NCBI RefSeq assembly: GCF_009914755.1
Contig: NC_060936.1
Direction: 5' to 3' (one strand)
Length of the DNA: 64,000 bases
From: the human T2T-CHM13v2.0 reference genome, Homo sapiens
Of the stretch, positions 12,972-26,904 are shown piece by piece. The notes under the pieces were generated by a model. That model was not told the origin of the DNA. It saw only the letters and a program-made list of their open reading frames with translations, and did no database searches. Numbering within the stretch: the stretch's first letter is position 1; every line of letters starts with the position of its first letter. The position numbers and the translations under genes are program-made.

Positions 12972-13528
12972 TTGTCATTCTCTTTTCCTTTAAAGCCCTT
13001 TTCAATATGAAGTTCTATGATTCCCAGTGCTCAAACACAAACACAGAGCACTATATTAGTGTTTGGTATACAGCAGTGACAAAATAGATGGTCTCTGCCC
13101 TCCTGGAGCTTATAGGCAAGAGAGTGAGTGACAGTAAACATTTGAAGTCACAAATTAGAAAGAGTTCTTGCACATTACAGAGTGTGGAAAGGTGTCTCTG
13201 AGGTATCCAGCATTTTTCTGTGATAGAAAGCTATCATTTGATTTCCTACCACAACAAAGAAACAACAAATAGCACAAGCCAAATCAAAAGGCCTTTCTTT
13301 TTACTTCTCTCATCCCTTCTTCTAACACTGTCCTGTAGAAGTCAACAGTAGAACAGCTGATGGGAAAGGAAATCAAATAATGAGAGCAAATGAGAAAAAA
13401 AAATTTCCAGGGCCTGCCTTTTGCTCTCCCTGTTGAGTCCAGGGCCACAAGTAAAGGCTGAGTTGTCATTCTCTTTTCCTTTAAAGCCCTTTTCAATATG
13501 AAGTTCTATGATTCTATGATTCCCAGTG
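12972..13528 (+). repeat. Dispersed 58-bp direct repeat (copies at 12972-13029 and 13463-13528)
   Basis: TTGTCATTCTCTTTTCCTTTAAAGCCCTTTTCAATATGAAGTTCTATGATTCCCAGTG occurs twice; the second copy has one extra TTCTATGA. Confidence 0.95.
13030..13215 (-). mobile_element. L2 3' fragment
   Basis: GGTATACAGCAGTGACAAAATAGATGGTCTCTGCCCTCCTGGAGCTTATAG matches the antisense L2 3' end. Confidence 0.65.
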
Positions 13529-14066
13529 ATTATGGGGAAGAAACACTGAAGTAGGCGAGAGAGTAGGTTTTAACTCAGATTAGTTTATACGTTGTGGTAC
13601 ATTTTTAAACTGGACAATTCTAATTGAATTCTAATGTTAATAGCCCCATATTACCAGAGAATTATGGATTTCCCCAAAATGTTGCTAAGAGGTTGGGCAT
13701 GGAGATCCGGGAGAGTGAGTGTGTAGGTAGTGGTAGGAGAGGACAAAACAGTAGTATTCTTCTGATTTTGCCTCCCACATTTGGCATATTCAATAAATAA
13801 CTTACAGCTGTCTTTCTCTGTGACTCCGTTACAAATTTCTTAACAGCACGTAGGAGTTTAATATATAACAGTGCCTAACACAATGCTTAGCATCTCATTC
13901 GTTAGTAATTCCAATGCACTGAAAAAGGAAATGAATGTGTTGAATGTATTTTAGAGCTTCAGAATCTCCTCTCTCTCCTGTTTCTCCTCTTTTCTTACAA
14001 CTGTTTTCCATATGCCACCCTTTAAGGCTACAGATCTCTATCATCACATAATAATCACCTGTAAAC

Positions 14067-14183
14067 CAGAATCAGTATCTAATAGGCCTAGAGTAGTTTC
14101 AGATTTGATTGTCTGAAATTGAATCAGAATCTATATCTAATAGGTCTAGAGTAGTTTCAGATTTGATTATTAGAAATTGAAAT
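14067..14183 (+). repeat. Tandem duplication, ~58-bp unit x2
   Basis: CAGAATC..TATCTAATAGG.CTAGAGTAGTTTCAGATTTGATT....GAAATTGAA repeated with several mismatches. Confidence 0.9.
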
Positions 14184-14273
14184 CCTGTGCATTTATTTTG
14201 TGTAATACACCAGTTACAATGCCTTGAGTCCCCTGCTACTAGGTTCCTATTAGATTCTTCCTTAAAGTTTCCC

Positions 14274-15363
14274 TATTGGGGGAACCTACCCCCAGTAGTC
14301 ACATAGGTTCTTTTCTATTTTTCCCTAAGTGTCAGCTGGTCTGAGAAATAAAGGGACAGAGTATAAAAGAGAGAAATTTTAAAGCTGGGTGTCCGGGGGA
14401 GACATCACATGTTGGCAGGTTCCGTGATGCTCCCTAAGCCATAAAACCAGCAAGTTTTTAATTAGCAATTTTCAAAAGGGGAGGGAGTGTACGAATAGTG
14501 TGTGGGTCACAGAGATCATATGCTTCACAAGGTAATAAAATATCACAAGGCAAATGGAGGCAGGGCAAGATCACAGGACCACAGGACCGGGGCAAAATTA
14601 AAATTGCTAATGAAGTTTCGGGCACACATTGTCATTGATAACATCTTATCAGGAGACAGAGTTTGAGAGCAGACAACCAGTCTGACCAAAATTTATTAGG
14701 CGGGAATTTCCTCGTCTTTATAAGCCTGGAAGTGCTACGGGAGACTGGGGCTTATTTCATCCCTACAGCTTCAACCGTAAAAGATGGCTGCCCCCGAAGC
14801 GGCCATTTCAGAGGCCTACTCTCAGGGACACATTCTCTTTCTCAGGGATGTTCCTTGCTGAGAAAAAGAATTCAGCGATATTTCTCCCATTTGCTTTTGA
14901 AAGAAGAGAAATATGGCTCTGTTCCACCCGGCTCACTAGCAGTCAGAGTTTAAGGTTATCTCTCTTGTTCCCTGAACATCGCTGTTATCCTGTTCTTTTT
15001 TCAAGGTTCCCAGATTTCATATTGTTCAAACACACATGCTCTACAAATAATTTGTGCAGTTAATGCAATCATCACAGGGTCCTGAGGTGACATACATCCT
15101 CCTCAGCTTATGAAGATGATGGGATTAAGAAATTAAAGTAAAGACAGGCATAGGAAATCACAAGGGTATTGATTGGGGAAGTGATAAGTGTCCATGAAAT
15201 CTTCACAATTTATGTTCAGAGATTGCAGTAAAGACAGGTGTAAGAAATTATTAAAGTATTAATTTGGGGAACTAATAAATGTCCATTAAATCTTCACAAT
15301 CCACATCCTTCTACCATGGCTTCAGCCACTCCCTCTGTTCGGGGTCCCTGACTTCCTGCAGCA
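14274..15363 (-). mobile_element. MER11 (B/C-like) solo LTR, ERVK/HML-8
   Basis: Ends GGGGTCCCTGACTTCCTGCAGCA (reverse complement of the MER11 5' end); internal AAATCTTCACAAT repeats; 6-bp TSD TTTCCC at 14268-14273 and 15364-15369. Confidence 0.93.
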
Positions 15364-17588
15364 TTTCCCCATCAATTTTTGAGTTCTCCTGGGTACTGCA
15401 CCAAATTGACTTTAAGAACAAATCCTTTTTTATTCTCCACTCTCCTTGCTGCTTCCTTCTCTGCCTGTGACCCTCGCAAGGCCACCTCTCTGCTTCATTT
15501 TAATGTTCTTAACTCTTATTCTCACTTCCACAGTAGGCAGAAAGAAGCTGTTTTCCTTAAAATATAATCTATCTAAACTGAGATAAAGTATAAATGATGA
15601 AGAGTATTTATTTTAACTAATAAAAGAAAAATCTAAAATCCATTAAAAAAAAGGTGTGGATATTCTACTCAAGGACTTCATTATATTTTGTATGTAAACT
15701 GATACACTTTTCAGAAGATAAAGAAAATAAAGATTTTCATTAGTATTATTTTAGTATTACTTTATATTTTTGCTCTAACATTAATTTGTGTGAGCCTTGT
15801 GATGCAAATCTATGTTCACCTGTTTAATAGTTTTGTTAGCCTTCTTTTTGCACTTACAAAAAGCTTTAATTCACTTGATTTTTTTGGTGGTGGAATTGGC
15901 ATACTCAAGCAATATCAGCAGCAAATCATCACTAGATGGCAGCATAACTCAATTCTTAAATACATTTCTACTGGTAATTTTTTTCTTATTAACTGGCATT
16001 TGTTTCAAAAACTTAAATGACGAAAACATTATACTGAAATAATATGTTAGTTGGTCTTAAATATTAGTTGCAAATAATCACACACAATCTTGAGAATAGG
16101 GCCAATGCATTTGTTTTACTCCAAGTAAAGAAGGCAATAGCTGTTTTAACTCTTGAAGTACATTATGTAATACTGAAGCCTAACAAGATACAGACTGAAA
16201 TGCATGAATTTTGGAATCTGATACAACTGAATTTAAAACTGGCTCTGCTCTTTCCCTGTCGTAAAAATTATAAAATTTATTATCGTTGCTATTTTATCTA
16301 TCCACCTCAGTTCTCAAATAATCTCTTCATAATTAGAACCTTTTGAAGCAGCATTTTCATGGGTGCATTTTAAGATTCTTTAATGTAAAATGTGAATTCT
16401 TTATTGATCTGTTCTACAATAATTAAATTTCTATAGTATCTACCATTTGTAGTATAAAAATTGAATTTCAATAATTCTAGCTTCATTATTTTATAAATGC
16501 ATCATGTGAGTAAATAGTATTCTTCCACTTTATAAATGTACTTTGTTTAATTTGTCTCTCTCTCAATGCTCAGGCTAAAATGACCACACACTAGATGCTA
16601 GATAAATGCCTGTTACCCTGATTTGAAAGCGATCACTCACTGTGAAAGTGATTAATTTATTCAAGAATACCACCTCTTTACTGAATGAATAAACAGAGAC
16701 TCAAGATTTTAATAGACTTTCATAAGGTCATGCAATTTGTTGAGGCAGAGCCAAGATTAGAAACAAATTATCTTCCTAATATACCACATACTGGCTCTTG
16801 TTTTGTTCATGATCATCCACCATGACCCCTAGAAACTTTAGACATAATTATTCCCTCCTTCATCCTTGCCCACAAAACTTAATCACAGATTCATGTCAAA
16901 TCTATCTCCAAAAGCCTCTTGAATCCATCGCATTTTATTCATCCACATTTCCAATCTTTAGTGAGAACCTTTATTAAGTCACCTGTATAATTATGTTAGT
17001 ATCTGAAATGATCTCCTGTTCCAGCCAGGGATTTCTACCATCTTACTATTTTCCTCCTTGAAATATTCTAGTTCACTTTGATGTAAATGGGAGTGTAAAT
17101 CAGTGTGCTCTCAAGAGCATATTATTTTTAGTTCTCAAAATTTGTAAGAAGTGACCCACATCCTTACAATAAAGATAATGTGTTAATCTCAATATTTAAA
17201 TGTCCTGGGGACTAAGTGGACACATCTCTTCATCTCATTAGAGATGTTTTATGTAACTAAAAATTTAAAAAATTGAAAAAGTAAGGAAGAAGAAGGAAAG
17301 TCGAGCTGCTTTTGTCTTCCTTTTGGCTTCCTTTTCTGCATCATTGAAACTTTAGGAGAAAGTTAGAAAACTCTTCTTTCACTGCACTGATACCTCTTGC
17401 TGAATCTAGTCAGAGATTGTGCCTCCCAGATGACAAGGGAGACAAAAGTGGAGTGATACATTTCATCCCGGGTATTATGCAGGTTCCCAATAAAACAAAC
17501 AAAAAAAGGAAAACAATAAGTGGTCATCTCATCTAAAGACAGCAAAATCTTTCTAAATGAAAGCTTAGGATAATTGAGCTATAACACA

Positions 17589-18163
17589 TGTCAAAATGAA
17601 AATTGCACCAAAGTCAAACAGGCCAGGAAGATTTTATTCAAGATGATTGTAATAGGAGAGAGAGGCCAGAACTCAGTTGGAACTCAACTCCAGTGAAACC
17701 CAGGGCTGGAGAGTTTTTAGGAGCTGAGGTTGAGGCTGCTGAGGTTGGGGGAGCTGAGGCGGGCTGCCCTTTGTCGGCTAATTGGCATTACCTCAGGGAA
17801 AAGCAAACTCTCTCATATTTTTATGACAGGAGGTACTTTTGCAACTTGGAACAAGGGGCCTTGCCTCCAAAGTTAGGCTCCTGCTTTCCCACAGAAGCTG
17901 GGAGACAGAGACACTATCTCTTTTGGTGATTATGGTTCAAAGAGGTGGCTCCCAGGTTCTTAGGAAAAACATTCCTGAATTGTGTAACTGGCAAGAGGCT
18001 TTTAAAAATACATTTCCGAGGACCAGAAAAGCAATTTAAAATTAAAAATCTCCTAAAGTAAACGCTCTAAGAAAAGGGAGGACAGAGGCCTAGAGTCAAG
18101 GAGCTAAATTAATTAAATTAATGTTTAATCAAGCTGAAGGGAACGGCAAGGTCTTCTTGGTCA
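17589..18163 (-). mobile_element. MER67-like solo LTR (ERV1, MER4 group)
   Basis: Reverse complement starts TGACCAAGAAGACCTTGCCGTTCCCTTCAGCTTGATTAAAC...CTCTAGGCCTCTGTCCTCCCTTTTCTTAGAGC; AATAAA near the other end; TG...CA termini. Confidence 0.7.
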
Positions 18164-19720
18164 CAACTGATTATCAATACGCTCTCCAGCAGAAAGTCTT
18201 AAAAAGAGATGAAAAGAGCCTACCGTGAGAAAACAAACAAACAAAAACCATAACAAAACACAGTACTGCAATAAAGAACCATCATGCAACCCGAAGGGCA
18301 GATAATAGAGTTTAGCTGAATCTCTGCCCTATGTGAATTTTAAGAACAAATACAAAAACAAAAGTACAATATAGGCCTAAGAAAAATTACATCAAGGCAG
18401 AAAAGAAAACACCACCATGAAGACTTAGAGAAAATGCAGGCCTTTAGATGATTTAGTAAGAAACTAAAGAAAAATTTTAAAAAGTGCATCATTATGAATT
18501 AAGAAGATACAACTCTGATGAAATAGCAATAAGTATTCATAAAAGACTAATAGACAAACATCAATTCAAAATGTGAAAAATAATTGGATGAGAAGGATCT
18601 AACGAGCTATAAAATAAGCTAAAATAAAATATAAAGTAAATTATATATAAAGGTATTGATATTCCCTAATATAATACATTTCATGAATAGGATAAACAAA
18701 AACACTTAAAATAATAAATAATATTTATTAAGTGCTCTTTAAGTGTTAAAAGTCTTGATTTCTTAAAAAATCAATAAATTAAAGTGTTAGAAATACTGGA
18801 ATATATATATTTAACATTATTAGAAAAAATAAGCCTAGGTCAATATGCCCTCATCCACTCTCACACATTTCTGTGTTTTTAATTATTTTGAGTTTCTTTT
18901 TTTTATTTTTTTGTATGTTTATCTCATTTAATAATGTTAGAGATTTCTCTTCAATTGCCTGATAATACTTGGCTGTTCCTTCATATTTAAGAATAGCACT
19001 ATTGCAAACTCTGTGTGCATGAGTAGCCTTGTCAGCTAGTGGCCTTTCTTATAGGATCATCTGAATGAACTAGTTCAGGAAGGGTCTCCATCAGTAGGTG
19101 CGTTCTTACACTGTTCAGTTTTGCTTGAAATGAATTTTTAGTTCTTCTGACCATCAGGAGTTGGGATGAGGGAAAAAGGAAATGAGTAAAAGTAAATTCT
19201 TAATTATTCCTTCAGTTATTTTAGTATTCAGAGCCAGACTTTCATGGTTAAGTATACAGATTAAATTATCCCACTTTCAACAAGATTCTCCCTCTGAGTA
19301 GAGAATCTTTCCATTTCAAATTTTCCAGAGAATAGAAAACATCCACACTTCTGCAAGGATAAGCGAGCAGGGGAGCATCAAGGGAGGGAAGAGATAATCT
19401 TCGTTTACCCTAATAATTTTATGAACTTGATGAAAGCTCGTCAATAGCTTTCATCAATAGCACAACAAAATAGATGTGTTGGGGATATGGAGTTTAGTTT
19501 AAAACTCAAGTATATAAGAAAAAATCCATTTTTATAATTTGACGATCATGTTGAAGCTTTAAAAATTTTAATTTACTATAATATGAAAAACTAAATTCAT
19601 TTTTAGCATATACATAGACAATTGACTTAAAAAAATTGTAAAGGCTATTATACCTACCACCCAAGTTAAGATATCTCCTTCACTGAAGGAAATGTTATTC
19701 TGAATTTTGTGTTTGTCCTT

Positions 19721-20085
19721 TGATATGGTTTGGCTGTGTCCCCACCCAAATTTCATCTTGAATTGTAGATCCCATAATCCCCATGTGTTGTGGGAAGAAC
19801 CCAGTGGGAGGTAATTGAATGACGGAAGAAGGGTTTTCCCATGTTGTTCTCATGATAGTGAAAAAGTCTCAGGAGATCTGATGGTTTTATAAAAGGCAGT
19901 TACCCTGCGCAGGGTCTCTTGCCTACTGCCATGTAAGACGTACCTTTGCTCTTCCTTTGCCTTCTGCCATGATTTTGAGGTCTCCCCGGCCATGTGGAAC
20001 TGTGAGTCCATTAAACCACTTTTTCTTTATAAATTACCCAGTCTTGGGTGTGTCTTTATTAGCAGTGTGAGAACAGACTAATACA
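19721..20085 (+). mobile_element. THE1C/D solo LTR (ERVL-MaLR)
   Basis: TGATATGGTTTGGCTGTGTCCCCACCCAAAT...GAACAGACTAATACA; perfect 5-bp TSD TCCTT at 19716-19720 and 20086-20090. Confidence 0.93.
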
Positions 20086-20603
20086 TCCTTTCTCTGTTTT
20101 GCTTCATCCTTTTTATATTGTTATTTACACTGTTAGCTTGGCAAGTGTTTAAAAGTTATACAAATAATATATTTCTGCTGAATATTGTGCTTGTGAGATT
20201 TATGGATATTGATAAATGCAGCTGTGGCTGATATATTTTCATTATTATAGAACATTTTATTGTATTATATTATGAATGTACCACAAGTGTTTTATCAATT
20301 CCCTTGCTGGTATACTTTTAGTTTGTGTCTAGATTTTTCTCACACACAGTATTATTATGCAAGCATCCTGATGCATATGTGCAACAACATTTTCTAGGTA
20401 ATTATCCAGCTAAAGAAGCTTCTATAGGATAGGAGCAGAGATTTTGGAGCAGAAATGCTGAGCTATAGAGTAAGAACACTTTCAACATTATGACGTTGTG
20501 AAATTTCAAGATTCTGTAGCAATTTATAGTCCTGCATGCAATGCAGAAGTGTTTTTCACTGTTTTTCATCCTTACCAATGTTTATGATTTTTAAAGTTTT
20601 TAA

Positions 20604-20920
<317 letters not shown>

Positions 20921-21289
20921 AGTTTTTAATTCTTAATCTAGTCAGTATGTTACCTCCATATTGTAATGTGAATATACTTAATTACTAGTGAAGCTTAACA
21001 GTCTTGCAATTGTATTTTTTTCTTTAGTATGTCTACTCCAGTGATATGCCTGCTTATAAATTTATGTTTCTAAGAAAATGTTTTTTCTTTTACTTATTTA
21101 CTGCCAGTTTCATTTCTTAATATTCTGCATATAAATTATTCATCACTTAGAAGTGCTGCAAATAGAAACTCTACTGCCATGGCTTTGTGTCTTAATGGAC
21201 ATTTATTTTTAATTTAATCACATTTATTAGTCATATTTATTTGTTAATTGTTTTTTGTATCTTGTTTAACAAATTCATCCCTTTTAGTA

Positions 21290-21595
21290 TTAGGGATATG
21301 ATGGTCAAAGATACACAGTTTCAGTTAGAAGGGAGAAATAAGAGATCTAATGTTCATCACAGCTGCTACGGTTAATGACAATGTATTGTATAGATGAAAA
21401 TTTCTAAGAGAGTAGATGTGAAGTGTTCTCACCAATAAGTTATAAGTATGTGAGGTAATATTAATTAGCTTGATTTAACCATTCCACAATGGTTAAGTAC
21501 ATACTTGAAATATGAATATGAAATACATATTTTAAAACATCATGTCGTATACCATAAATATATATAATTTTTATTTGTTGATTTAAAAAAATACA
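21290..21595 (+). mobile_element. L1MA 3' end fragment
   Basis: GGTCAAAGATACACAGTTTCAGTTAG...CTAAGAGAGTAGATGTGAAGTGTTCTCACC...TTAGCTTGATTTAACCATTCCACAATG. Confidence 0.8.
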
Positions 21596-21601
21596 TAATG
21601 A

Positions 21602-21959
<358 letters not shown>

Positions 21960-21980
21960 TCAATGTTCACCTACATTTTT

Positions 21981-22287
<307 letters not shown>

Positions 22288-23599
22288 TCACCTACATTTT
22301 TCTAAAGAGCTTTATTTTTAAATAAATTGAGCATATGTGGAATTGATTTTGCATATAATACATGATTAAGATATAGTTTAATTTTTTTCATATGGATATA
22401 GCCTTTCCAGTGCAAGTCATTAAATGATTAATTCTTTCTTCAATGATCTTCAATGTCCATTCTGTCATATACCAAGATACCATAAACTTTTAGGGCACTT
22501 ATGCTTGAAATCTGGTAGCGTCAGTTGGTCAATCTATTTCTGTATTAAGATTACATGCCTCAATTTATAGGTTTATAATACCTGTTTATGTCTGGTAAAG
22601 GAATTCCTCCCAAAGTTTTGTTTTTTTAAAAATACCCTTCCCTATATCATGACTTATGAAGGTTTCCATTTTTTATTTATACTCAAAGACAGTTTAACCA
22701 ACACAGATATTTATTAATCTTTCAATATTTAGTAGAATTCAATTATAATAACCTGGGCATATGCTTTGGTCAAGGTTAGATTTATTAAACAGTCTTTAAA
22801 ATTTCTCCTATAGTTTTCAGTGGAGTAAGGTAGTATGTTTTTTCTTTAGTCAATTTGAAATTTACATTCTCCCAAACTGTCCCCATTCTATCTAGACTTA
22901 CTTATTAACATCTGTAAAGTTGTTCATATTGTTCCTTAATAAGTTTTACTCTTCTCTGTATGTGTGCTTGTGTTTTGTTTTCATCCTTGATGTTTATTTT
23001 TGCCTTTACTGCCTTAAAGTTGTTTCTTAATCTGACTTGCCAGGTCAACTGTTGTTGTAATCACTCACTTCTACTGTTTCATTGTTTTATAAATTTAAAT
23101 ATTTCTGATTTTATTTTTATCAACTACTTTCTCCTAGTTTGTTTTGATTAATTTTATTGTTCTTTTCACTTATTTTTTAAAATTCAGCTCCTTGAATTGA
23201 ATGCTCTATGCCTTTGTTTTCAATTTTTCAGTTTATTCTAATAAATGCATTTAGTGAAGCATGCAATTTTCTTCCAGTTCTTCATATTCTTGTTCTAATT
23301 GTTCTATCTAAATTCTTATATTATTATAATTTGTAAAATTTTTCTTATGTTTACAATAGTTAATTCTTTTATATGCTGACACTGTTTTTCAAGGCATAAA
23401 TTTAGAAGATCAATGTGCCTTCTTACTGAATTTAATATTGTTTAAATGAAAACCATTTTTTTAACCTCAGATGCCTTTTAAAGGATCTTAGTCTAACTTT
23501 TTATAGATAAGAATGTTTTTCTTCTACAAGAAAATACACACACACATATACCTACACATACACACACACACAATATACAGAATAATAAATTAGAAACCA

Positions 23600-23790
23600 T
23601 GCTTATTTTGGAGTGAGAAGATGCCATTTCTAGGTATTTGCTTATCAGCTGTGTAGTTGTGTGACTTTGTCCAGGTCACAGGAACTCTCTGAACTTCAGA
23701 TTTGTTATCCATACAATGGGAATATCACATGTTCTTCACAACCCTAAATAGTTGCTGCAAAAATTAAATACAAAAATGTTATCAACAAAA
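23600..23790 (+). mobile_element. MIR
   Basis: MIR core: GTGTGACTTTGTCCAGGTCACAGGAACTCTCTGAACTTCAGATTTGTTATCCATACAATGGG. Confidence 0.65.
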
Positions 23791-24871
23791 ACTTATTTCA
23801 ACTACAATAGATTACTGTTCATCTTATGATTACAAATAAATAATTATGAAATAGAGTTGAGGATGAACATCTGAATGAAGAAATGTACTAAGTTTTGTTT
23901 TATAAAATCTTGTTGACATGGTGATGTAGTACTGATTATATTAATTTTGCGATTATTTAGTCTCACTTTTAGGCTGCAGTCTGCATATTTAAATTAGATA
24001 TAATTTATATTGTTATCAAATTTCCAGCTAGGAAAGATCCTAGGCCCAGTGTAAATATGAATGGCATTTTTTTTTTTTTTTTGGCATTTACAACTGGAGC
24101 CTCCAATCTAGTTTTATTACCACATGGCTTAATGTTTTCCTCACAGCAGTCTATAGGTCTCAAATCTGCAGAATGCAAGACCCCATCTAAATTTCAGTCT
24201 CCCCACAACAGTTGAGACACCAGCCAATTTTTACTATCTATCTATCTACCCACCTGGTAGACCTGAAAGCAAATATTATGTGTGTATCAGTCTTTCACTG
24301 GGAAAATAAACTTTGGAAGCTGGTTACCACTGTACAGTGTTTTGAACAGCGTAAGAAGACTTTTTCTTAAATACTTTTTATTTGCACCAATGAAGTTAGG
24401 AATCAATATGCCTGCCTCTCCTGTCCCTCAGTTGTTAACAAAGAAAGAGGGAACATTATGCAATCTTACATTCCATCCATAATACTTAAATCTATCAAAG
24501 TGGGATCTTTGTGCCAAATATTGAAGTAAGGGCTTTACACATTTATTTAACTTATTTTAATTCTAATAATAGTCTTTGAAGTAGGTATTATTGTGAGGTC
24601 TGATGAAGGTCACATAGGCAGTAGTAAGTGGTAAAGACAAGTTTTAAATGCGGATCTACATAAGTCCCAAATCCATTTTTCTTCCATACTCCTCTTTAGC
24701 ATCTCTTTTATTTGGCAGCCCTAGGAAATTTGGGGAGAAAAGTTATTTAATGACTGCCTGGTGCTCTTCTCCTGAAACCCTCCAAATTTCCCAGCTGGGA
24801 TCACTTAATTCTAATCTGCAAACTCTGTCTCTTCTCAGCAGCTGGAAACCTCTCTTTGAAAAGGTTTAGGA

Positions 24872-25083
24872 CAGGCTTGTCCATCACATGGTCTGTGGGC
24901 TGCATGCGGCCCAGGACGGCTCTGAATGAGGCCCAACACAAATTTGTAAACTTTCTTAAAACACTATGAGCTTTTTTGTGATTTGCTTTTCTCTCATCAG
25001 CTATCATTAACGTATTTTAGTGTGGCGCCAAACAATTCTTCTTCCAATGTGACCCAGGGAAGCCAAAGGATTGGACACCCCTG
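24872..25083 (-). mobile_element. MER30 (hAT-Charlie MITE)
   Basis: Terminal inverted repeats CAGGCTTGTCCA ... TGGACACCCCTG; degenerate 8-bp TSD GTTTAGGA / GTCTAGGC with the central TA typical of Charlie elements. Confidence 0.9.
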
Positions 25084-25844
25084 GTCTAGGCCAAGGGTTC
25101 ATTTTTTTGCATTTTATTTTGTTAATCTTCCTGAGTTTCTGTACCTCAGTAAATTAATTACTGAGTTGACTAGGTTCCGTTCCCTCTATCCCATTACTTG
25201 GCATCGGAGGCATAATTCTCTTCTGCTGTTCTCACCAATACTTCTGGGGTCTGGACTCTCTCTCTCTCTCTTTCTTTTTTTCCCCCCAGCTTTTGTCACC
25301 TTTGGATGCCTGCTAATTTCTTCCATGTTTATATGATACAACATATCAGTCTGGAGACCTAGAAATGGACTTGTTACTGATTCATTATAGCTACATTTTG
25401 TCACCTCTCTGGAATCCTGTCCTTTACCCCATGCTAGACATCCTGACACCACCTATCTGCCTATCTTCATCACTGGAAAATGGGATTGTCACTATTGACT
25501 TCTACCAGCTTAGTCTGCAGATCTTTGCTTCCATCCTAGTGTCTGCCAATTTAGCTTTGCCTCTGCTCCCATTGGAGACTGAGTATTCATTCTTATCAGT
25601 GACACCTTTATTCAGAATCTTTCCGTTTGTCCTTTTAGTGACAATTCCCACCTTAATGCAGCTGCTCAGTAACTCGACTCTGTCTGTTATACGTTGAACT
25701 ATTTCTCCACCTTCTACTTACTTATCAAATTTAGTACTTTGGCAAATATTTTAAAAGCTCAGATAGTAAAATCACATTGATATATGAATGAAGGTTAAAC
25801 ATATACACACACATGCACACACACATAACCCTTTGTAGAGGATT

Positions 25845-26450
<606 letters not shown>

Positions 26451-26580
26451 TGAATATGATTTTTTAAAATCTAATTTGCATCTATATTTCTGTGTTAATA
26501 TTTTTCTAATAATATTAACACATTTTTTCCTAATGTGTTAATAATTTTTTCTAATAATGTTTTTGATAACAATTTTTTTC

Positions 26581-26877
26581 TCTCTTTTAAGACATGGGGT
26601 CTTGCTCTGTTGTCCAGGCTGGGGTACAGTGGTATGATCATGGCTCACTGCAGCTTCAAACTCTTCAGATCAAGTGATCCTCTCACCTTAGCCTCTCAAG
26701 TAGCTGGGACTGCAGGCATAGACTACTGCACCTGACTAATTTTTATTTTTTACTTTTTGTTGATATGGGGGTCTCACTTTGCTGCCCAGCTGGTCTTGAA
26801 CTCCTAGCGTCAAGTGATCCTCTTTCCTCAACCTTCCAAAATGCTGATATTATAGGTGTGAACCACCACATGAAGCC
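26581..26877 (-). mobile_element. AluJ
   Basis: Diverged antisense dimer with AluJ motifs (GATCATGGCTCACTGCAGC, CAAGTGATCCTC); flanking repeat AACAATTTTTTTC. Confidence 0.88.
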
Positions 26878-26904
26878 TACAACAATTTTTTTCAGTTTAA
26901 GAAC

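Noticed and set aside
12972-14183. Spaced direct repeats as a CRISPR-like array or an LTR pair
   Set aside because: Only two copies each, no regular spacers, no TG..CA ends, TSD or primer-binding site; eukaryotic context.
19810-19825. DUX4 motif in THE1 (and in MSTA at ~31975)
   Set aside because: Sites read TAATTGAATGA and TAATTGGATCA, both deviating from the TAATTGAATCA-type motif.
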